In this document: piece after piece, positions 55,018-64,000 of the stretch
Numbering within the stretch: position 1 is the first letter of the stretch
How the letters are laid out: every line of letters starts with the position of its first letter
Assembly (NCBI GenBank): GCA_002104945.1
Contig: MCFH01000020.1
Span: 248,001-312,000, forward strand
Direction: 5' to 3'
DNA: 64,000 nt
Source: Piromyces finnis finn
Lineage: Eukaryota > Fungi > Neocallimastigomycota
Notes under the pieces: generated by a model
Databases searched by the model: none
What the model was told of the DNA's origin: nothing
What the model saw: only the letters and a program-made list of their open reading frames with translations
Translations under genes and position numbers: made by a program

Positions 55018-57870
55018 TTAATTATAATATTTTGGCTTATCAATATAACTCATGATGGTGGTTCTCTTTTTAATATTTCTTAATTTTTCTTTATGCATAC
55101 GTAAGGTATCCTTTTCACAATAAATATTTCCTTGATGATTATAATAAATGGTATGAAGAAGTTCATGACATTCACAACATCTAAAACACTCGGGATGATA
55201 ACGTCCTTCAGGTATATCAATACATTGACCTTCAATAGGTTCATTACAAGTTTTACAAATGGTATTATTCATTTTATGGAAATGATATTTACAAACTGGT
55301 TTTCCATCAAATACATAAAAGGATTTACCTGTAAACTTTTTGTCACAGGAAACACAGGTGAAACAACCTTTATGGTATTTTCCTCCTAACGCGGATACGG
55401 TTTCCCCCTTAATTGGAAGACCACACTTTTTACATTTGGGTACAAATAAACTAATAAAATCTTTTGTACAAAATATATTCGCATTTTTAGGGATACCTTT
55501 ACCTTCAATTGGCTTTAAACAAAAAGCACAAATTGGTTGTACTAGTTGGTAACACTTTAAACATTTTTTATCTGAAGTAATACCTTGAACGGTTACTGTC
55601 TTAATACAAGTTCTACAATAAAAGGTTTGTGGATCAAGTTTAATAATATTATTACCATTTGGAGGAATTTGAGAAGTTGAATTCATTTCTTGATTTATAA
55701 CAGAATTATTAAAGCATTCCATGTTAATCATTAAATCATCCATAAGCCATTCTAAATCTTTTATGTCATTAATCGGTACTGTGTAATTATCATTTTGATT
55801 TTGATTGACATTAGATGGTCTTCTTTCCATGTTGAGACTTGCATTACTTTTCTTACGCAATGGGGGACCCTTTAAATTTGGTGAATTTATATTGCGCATT
55901 GAAGACATTGATGATTGGCCGTAGGATGCATTACTACTACTACTTTGACTACGACTATGTCCAAATTTTGTAGGTGGCATTGGTGGTGGATGCATTTGAT
56001 GGTACGGTGATGTTAATGAACTATTTAGACTGCTATTACTTTTAGATCTTTTGAAATTTGGAGTGGGAGGTTGTGGTGGAAGATAGTTTGGTGGAGGATT
56101 TGGTGGTGGCGTACTTGGTCCATTTAACCCACGAGTCATTATAGGTGAACCTTTATAGTATTGTTGAGGAAGATTAGGTGAATTGGTCATTTGCTTTGGA
56201 GAGGGGTATCCGTAGTTTTGATATTGTGAGGGTTGTCCTGGAGGTATATTAGGTTTACTATAATAATTTTTAGGTGAACCTTTTGGAGTTGTAAATTCAG
56301 TATCTATTCTAATATTATCAAAAGGATCATTGGTAAAATCAAATAATGGTTTTCTTAAACCTGATTGATTTCTGCTTATTTTAACGTATGAATCATTACT
56401 AGATTGTGAATGTAACGTTCCTGAACTATACTCTGATTTATTGGTCATACTATATTCATGGTTTGGTGAACGTGGTAATGACCGTGAATTATAATCTAAT
56501 AGAGGATTTTGAAAAGATGAGCTAATAGATGACTTATTACCAGTAGAATACTTTGATGAGTGAGCATCTGATAAACTTGAATCATATCTTGAAACGTAAG
56601 GCGATATATCTGATTTTGTTGAATTCAACGTTGGAAATGATATAAAGGAATCATTTTTATCTAATTTTTTCTTTTTTTCAGTTACGATTCTTGGTGGTAA
56701 TACATTTGGATCTCCTAATCCATTTGATTTATATCTACTTCTTTCTAAAGTTTCTTCGTTTAATCCATGAAAGGTATCTTCGTAAAACTTTGATGCTAAT
56801 TTTATTTTATACAATTTATGTATTAAAAAAATTTTTTTAAAAAAAGGGATATTAAATTAATACTTTTATTATTATTTTTTTTAAAAAAAAACTACTTTAT
56901 TATTATATATATATCGTTATTAATAATAGCTTCACTTACGATAGCCAGTAAATTCTGTATCTTCTGAATAAAAAGTATCTGATGCACTTCCATCTTTTTC
57001 TCTTCTACATAGATTTGAATCATATTTATTATCAGAGCTATATGCTTTACTTTCATCACTACTCCTTTTTGGTAAAGTATTATTTCTATTCGAATTATTA
57101 TTTCTCTCAAGACTTCTTTTCCTTGGATATGTATCATCTTTTTCAGGACTATATCTTTTCCTATCTCTATCTCTATCTCTTTCTCTTTCTCTATCTCTAT
57201 CTCTATCTCTATCTCTATCTCTATCTCTTTCTCTATCTTTATCCCTTTCTCTGTCTCTATCTCTGTCTCTATCTCTGTCTCTATCTTTATCCCTTTCTCT
57301 GTCTCTATCTCTGTCTCTATCTCTGTCTCTATCTCTGTCTCTATCTCTGTCTCTATCTCTGTCTCTGTCTCTATCTCTATCTCTGTCTCTATCTCTGTCT
57401 CTTCTTTCTCTATCTCTTCTTTCTCTGTCTCTGTCTCTGTCTCTATCTCTTTCTCTATCTCTGTCTCTGTCTCGATCTCTGTCTCTATTATCTCTATCTC
57501 TTTTTGAATAATTAGTTCCTGAATTTTTTGCATCTATTTTGTTATATATATCATCAGGTATTTCTGGTACACTTGGTACACTGCTGTCACTATATCTTCC
57601 ATTGGAATCGTTTGAAGAAGAACGATATGACCTTCCTGTTCTACTTCTGCTTCTATAGTGATCCCCATTACTATTATGAGGTGATCTGTAATTTCTTGCT
57701 TTACTATGACTACTACGACCGCGACTTCTACTTCTATTTCTACTATGTTGAGCTGATGGTCTACGGTGTCTTTGATAATCTTGGTCACTGTTAGAATAAT
57801 CACTTAAATCATCTCTATCCATGTATTTATTATTATATGAAGAAGAGGAAGTTGATATTGTATCATTCAT
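55018..57870 (-). CDS. Paxillin-like LIM-domain protein with N-terminal Arg-Asp repeat; 2 exons, about 902 aa
   Basis: Three C-terminal LIM domains (CAFCLKPI..., CKKCGLPIKG..ALGGKYHKGCFTCVSC, CKTCNEPIEG..GRYHPECFRCCEC) and a Pro-rich middle. ORFs 56932..57870 and 55018..56814 join through a phase-1 GTAAGT...TAG intron at 56939-56796 (TGY-P-SKFYED). Confidence 0.85.
57161..57499 (-). repeat. Coding hexamer repeat (GAGATA/GAGACA)n encoding (RD/RE)n
   Basis: Direct read. The overlapping IEIET, LYLCL and similar ORFs are alternative frames of this repeat. Confidence 0.93.
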
Positions 57871-60800
57871 AATTTTTTTAATTGTGTAATTATTTAATTA
57901 AGTAAAGAAATATATTAATATTTATAATATATTTCTTTTAATATACTTTGTGTTTATGTTTAAAAATTATTTTTATTATTTTTTGAAATATAATTTTTAT
58001 GTATTAATTTATTGTAATATAAAATGCATTGACAATTTAGTTTGCTTTTTTCTTTTTTTTTTGTAAATAAATTAATATTTTTGAACTTTGAAATTTTTAA
58101 AAGGTATAAATAACTTTTATTATTGTTGTTAAATAAAATTAATAAATATCAGAAACTTTTGCAAAATAAAAACAAAAGTTGAAGTAATTATAAAAATTCA
58201 AAACTGGATTAAAGATTATTCCATTAAATTTTCTATACGATATATTTTTTTAATAGCGTTTTAATTCTTTGTTTTAATTCTTTGTATTAGTAAGTAATTA
58301 TACTGTTGAGTAAAATTAGAATTTCTTAAAGATTTTCTTTCTATAAATTATGTAATATTGATTTATTCTTTATTATTATTGCTTTTATTTTTTAAAATTT
58401 ATTTGTTTTTATTATTATTATTATTATTATTTTTATTTTTTCGTGAAAATTGCTTTACTTTAAGTATCTTTCTTTATTTTTTTATAAGATGGTAAAGATA
58501 AAAGTATTAAATATAAATATGATTATAACATTTTTTTTATGATAATACTCTTATTTTTATAATAGATATAAAATACAAAATAACGAATATTATCGAATAC
58601 TTTTATTAAATTTGTTATCTAATTTGGTAAAAAAAAAAAAAAAATGGTTGTTGTTAATAATAATATTTATGTTATTATTTGCTTAATCATTTATATAATT
58701 TATTGATTATCAAGATTTATTTTCAATTAAATTACTTTGAAATTGCAATTAAATAAATATTGATATTAAAATGTGTCTTTTTTTTTTTTCTTAATGATAT
58801 TATAATTGCTTTTTTTTTTTTAAAAAAAAAAAAGTTATTGATTTAAATAGTTTATTTTTTTTTTTAATACATTAAAATAAACTGATGAACAGAATGAATT
58901 AAATAAATGAAAGAATGAAATTAAAAAAAAAAAAAAAAAAACAGTTTGATTAAGCTATATAGAAAATAATAATAATATATAAAAAATATATAAAAAAGAG
59001 TTTTTTCTTTTTTATAATAAATTAATTGAACGATTTTTTTTTTTTTTTTTTTTTTGTTTTTTTTGTATAATGTTCGATTGTCAATATATTAAATTCTTAA
59101 ATTAAAATTATAATAAATAAAGTTTTTAAATTATTTGTTTTTATTTATTTTTTTTATAATAATAAGTGAATGATTTTTTTTTAATTATTAAAGATATATT
59201 TATTATTAATTAATTTATATATATATTATTCAAAAGATAATACAATTATATGTATTGTTTTTATTTGATAATTTAAATTATAATATATTGTAGATTATAT
59301 TATTATATAAATTTTATATATTGAAATAGTACATTTAAAAAAAAAAAGAGTATTTGTCAATTAACTTTAATAAATAATATAATGATATTATTAATATATA
59401 AAGTTATTACGGTTAATATATATAAATATGATATAATATTGAATTTTAATAATTAAATGAGTACAAATAAATAATGAATATATAATAAAATACGATAAAA
59501 CACGTTTATGAATGTAATTTAAATATATTATAATATATTGTACACTGAATTATAATTTTAATGATTCATATATTAATCACTAATTATTATGTAATTTCAT
59601 AACAGTTTTAAATTAATTTACATTATCTTAAAATATTAATATTTTTATATTAATTAGAGTTTTAAATTTTGATATTAATATATAATTTTAATAAATTTTA
59701 ATAAATGTTCAATTCCATTCCAATTTAATTTATAAATTAATTAAATTATCACTTTAACATTTTTTTAAATTTTTCATAATAAGTAATAGGCTAGGATAAA
59801 GTTACAGGCAATTCTTTCTGCTTTTCAATTTTAAAAGCTTCACCTATTTGATGCTATTTATTGATAGCAACATAAAATAATAAGTGTTTTTTAGGTTTTA
59901 GAGAAAAATTCATACTTTTATGCTTTATTATTATTACTATCAATGTTAAATTGAATTAGCTAATTATTAAGTTTTTTAATCATTCATTATTATCATATTG
60001 TTTTTTTTTTTTTTACTATACTATCAATATTTAATTTTATTATTTTCAACTACACTTTTTCAGTAATTTATTTATTTAATTATTATATTGTTACTCTTTC
60101 CATTGTCAATAAAATTGAAATTTATTATGAATTTAATTTGTTATACAATTAAAATCTATATATGAAATTAATAATAATAGTAACAATAAATGATTGCCTA
60201 TTCATTAATATTCTTAACAATATTATAAATTCATATTTAACTATTACATTTTCTCTTGTATTTAAGCCAGTAACGTCAATGTAGTCACTTATTATATAAT
60301 GAGTGAATTTGACTTTTTACTAAAATATAAATTGCATCTTTATTTAAAAAAAAAAAAAAAAGAATTTTTTAATTTTTATCACATTTTTTAAAATTAATAA
60401 TAAAACAAACTATTTCCAAATATGTACAAATTTAATATTTTTATTGAATATATTTAATTTATTTAAACTTTTTCATGCCGTTTTTTCTTTTACTTAATAT
60501 AATAATATATTAAATATTTATTAAATTTTATATATTAAATTCTTTATTAAAATTACACAATCTTCCATTTCTAATTTCCAATTCTTTTTTTTTATTATTC
60601 TTCTTAAATAAAATTTTACCAGCTAATATCTATCTACCTTCTATGTCTATGACATGACTTTAAATGAAAAAAAACTAATCATTCATTTATATTTATGTAA
60701 ATTATTCTTTCTATCTTTTGGTTTTTTTTTTATTCATTCTATAGCATTTTTTAAAATTAATTATTTTTTAAAACAATATCATTTATAAATATTTAATATA

Positions 60801-61607
60801 AAAATTCAATGTTACTCTAAGTTGATGATGATACTCTAATAAAAATGCCAATCTTTTTTCTCAATCATTTTTTTTAAAAAAAATAATATATCAAATTATA
60901 TATAAATTCTTCCATAATAAATATATTAATAATAAACATAATATTTATTATTTATTAATAAATTATTATTCACATATTACTGCTTTTATTATTATTACTC
61001 TTATTATTATTATGAAATATAAAAAATGGAATTAGTTTATAATAAAATAAAAAGGAATTCAAATCATTATTTGTTCATTCATTTTTTTTCTTTGTTTTAA
61101 TAGTGGTTGACACTCTTTTTTTTATCGATTTAAACGGCTTATTCAAGCCTATGTTTTATAATGTTTCACAATTAAAAATATATATATATAAAATTGATTT
61201 AAAAAAGTATTAATTCTTCATAAATAATTAATAAAATACATAGAAAATATAAATAATTATTTGTTATAATAATACGATATAATTATTATTATTGTTGTTG
61301 TTTTTTATCATTAAAAGTTAATTCATATTTATCTTATTCTAATATTACTTTTTAGTAGTAATAACAAATGTCAATTCAAAAAATAAAAGTAAATTTGAAA
61401 GTTTTTTTAAAAAAATAAACAAATCCAATAAGGAAATTTTATTGGTCCAAAAATAAAATAATTGGTTATAAAATCTTAAATGGAAGGTTACACAAATTTT
61501 ATAATTTGAAGAAAAAATAAAAAAGAATGACTCATAAAAAAAAAAAGTTTTCATTTTGAAAAAAGGTAAAAGTTAGAAAGAAAGGAAGTGAACAGTTGGA
61601 TAGAATT

Positions 61608-61761
61608 AAAATATTTAAATTCCTTCTTGGGAACGAGGAAAGTAGGTTTATTAATAACAATTCAATGAACTTTGAACTTAAAAACTATAGAAAATTTTAT
61701 GGGATCTTTCATTTTGCTATTGGACAGTTCATGGTTTAGTGGATTTAAAGCTAAAGAAGCA
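61608..61761 (+). mobile_element. Old degenerate fragment of the LINE ORF C-terminus
   Basis: The 24-nt aaaatatttaaattccttcttggg is identical to the LINE (reverse complement of 17023-17046). Translation KIFKFLLG...FAIGQ matches LINE KIFKFLLG...FAIGQ. It ends in GCTAAAGAAGCA, resembling the LINE GCTGAAGAAACA. Confidence 0.75.
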
Positions 61762-62497
61762 TTTTCTTTTATATATATATATATTAAAATAATAATATCT
61801 TTGATTTAATTACTTATTATTTATTCATATTAAAAAGGTGGATTACTTCAAATCTACAAAATACTTTTATTGTAATTATAACAGATTTCATTTTTATTTC
61901 ATTTATTTTTGTCTTTTATTTTTAATTTGACTATTTTGATCTTGAACTTTTTAAGGCATTTAACTCATTTTCTATACATTTATTTTCTTCTTTTAATTCT
62001 TTAATTTCTTTATCAATATCATAGAAGTTTTCAGGTTTTTTTTATATATCTTTCATTTTCATTTTTTAATGTACATATATCTAGAGCATTTCCAATTTCT
62101 TTTATTCTTTTTAGTTGGTCGATAATATCTTTGATCGAATTATTCATTGGAATTTCATATTCTTCTTCGTCTTCATTTTTCCCATTTTCCATTTCTTTAA
62201 AAGAAATACAAGATTCGTTATCTAAAAAATTGATATTTTCATTTTCTTCTAAATTTAAATTTATTAAATCTTTTAAAAACTTTTAATAAAAAAAAAACCA
62301 ATAATACCAATACTAGTAAAAAATATAAATAATATTTTTAGCTAATTTTAAGCTGAAATAATAAATTAGTAGTTAGGCAATATAGATTAAATAAGCATCT
62401 TTTTAATCTACCTTAAATAAATATTATATAATATTAAATAAACCCATTTATATTAATAATAATCCTTAAGATTTTTTTTTTTTTTAAATTACTATTC

Positions 62498-62914
62498 AAA
62501 GCTTCTGGTTTGTCTGTGGATTTTCATTGGGTTTTGTCATGGGTTGAGTTATTATTAATTATTAAGTATTAATGCCCTTTCTAATTTACTACTATGATAA
62601 TAACACTCGTCTAGCTATCCTGAGAGGGACAAAGTGTACATGATACATTTCAGATTAGAACTTTATAAGTGGAGACACGAGACCAAAAATTGACTATATA
62701 TAGCATTATGGTTGGAAATATCGTACAACAACATGCATCTAATGTACATAGATTAAATGAGCGTCGAAACAGAAGATTTAGTATGACAGACCAGAAGTGT
62801 TGCAACCACCTAGTAATAGGAAAGGCCCAACATTTTTTAAGAACCACCATTGAGGCTTACTCTGATTAATGGGAGAAATGCACTCGGAAGTTAAAAAAAA
62901 AAAAAAAAAAAAAA
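62498..62914 (+). mobile_element. SINE copy 3, old and degenerate
   Basis: Collinear with copies 1 and 2 (e.g. ttctaatttactactatgataataacactcgtctagc; gggagaaatgcactcggaagtt plus poly(A)). B-box deleted, internal deletion of about 70 bp, many substitutions, no clean TSD. Confidence 0.88.
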
Positions 62915-63751
62915 CTATAATTCATTGTATTTTTAAAAAATACATTATCATCTATTTAATTATTTTTAATGACCTACCAAAGAGAAAAGAAAGAAAAAAA
63001 GAAGAGTCAAATTGTCAACTTTTATTTTAATAATTTAAACATATGTAAGAATAAATATTCAAATATTATTATAAATTAATCAATATTATAAACTAAACAA
63101 ACGTTGCACAAAACATTTGACAATATATAAAAATTAAAAATAACCACATTTTAAAAACAATTAATAATAATTAGAACTTGAAATATTTCTGTGTTTTAAA
63201 GCTATTTAAAAAAAAAAAAAAGAAAATAAATTATTCAATAATTCATCGTATTTATACGAAAGTTTCTTTTTTCTTGCATTTCCTAAAAAAATATAAGACG
63301 TAATAAATAATTATTATTTCAAAAAATTGTAAAATAAAAAATGACTTTGCATTTTTAATAATTTGAATATATGAAATAGGTATGTCTTATTAATTGAAAT
63401 GTAAGAAATACATAATAATAAATATTTTATAAGCCATAATGTATTGGTATTTAAATATATAAATTGTATCTGTAGTTTTAATATTAATTATTCTTACAAT
63501 GTAAAATATAGTAATATAAATGTAAAATAAGCCATAATATTTTAATATCTTCGTGATATTTAAATTATTAAAATATTTCCCCAAATAGTTATTATTGGTA
63601 CATCAAAAATAATAGATAGTAACTAATATATATAAAGAGTATAGAGCTCTTCTAAACTAAAACGAGGTCGATTTGGTTAATTATCAATTATTTATCTAAA
63701 GTCAAAATTTAAAAAAGTTTCAAATATAAAACTACTAATAATAAGGTTAAA

Positions 63752-63795
63752 TTTATGCATTCCCATGTTTCAAGAACAATATGGGAATGCATAAA
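63752..63795. repeat. 15-bp perfect inverted repeat with 14-nt spacer
   Basis: tttatgcattcccat (63752-63766) and atgggaatgcataaa (63781-63795). Confidence 0.85.
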
Positions 63796-64000
63796 GAGCA
63801 ATTTGGGGTATCACTAAATATGGTTATATTAACATGTTACAACTCACTTGTAATATTATTTATTATTTAAAACTATTGGATTAACTAGAAAGGAATTGAT
63901 GTATTTAATAGTAATGGTGAATCTTATTTTATTGTCAATAAAAGTTTGGTCCATCTAGCCTTATTAAAAAAAATGATATTTTAGAATACAGTATATTCAA

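Noticed and set aside
61622-61635. CCTTCTTGGGAACG resembling the LINE monomer start
   Set aside because: Better explained as part of the KIFKFLLG LINE ORF relic.
62669-62869. 66-aa ORF in SINE copy 3
   Set aside because: The same frame has stops in the two young copies.

Overview
Very AT-rich eukaryotic nuclear DNA with short AT-rich GT-AG introns and long (TAT)n/(A)n tracts. It is most likely from an anaerobic gut fungus (Neocallimastigomycota); this is inferred from composition and gene style, not from a database search. Host genes: a multi-exon RAD4/XPC with a decayed tandem paralog just upstream, a single-pass SH3 protein, a long-chain acyl-CoA synthetase, two intronless ankyrin-repeat paralogs, an uncharacterised Ser/Thr-rich protein, and a paxillin-like LIM protein with a long Arg-Asp repeat. 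The most notable content is a non-LTR retrotransposon system. (i) An apparently intact single-ORF LINE (APE endonuclease, RT, CCHC knuckle) with a TSD and tandem structured 5' monomers, plus a 5'-truncated disabled copy and an old 3' relic. (ii) Three copies of a ~535-nt poly(A)-tailed, TSD-flanked SINE with a tRNA-Ser-like head. The SINE shares a 44-nt double-hairpin motif with the last codons of the LINE ORF (39/44 identical, with a compensatory base-pair change). Its middle carries collinear matches to conserved bacterial 16S rRNA (about E. coli positions 250-410). The working hypothesis is a chimeric tRNA / 16S-like / LINE-derived SINE mobilised by this LINE. All alignments were done by eye and no search was run.
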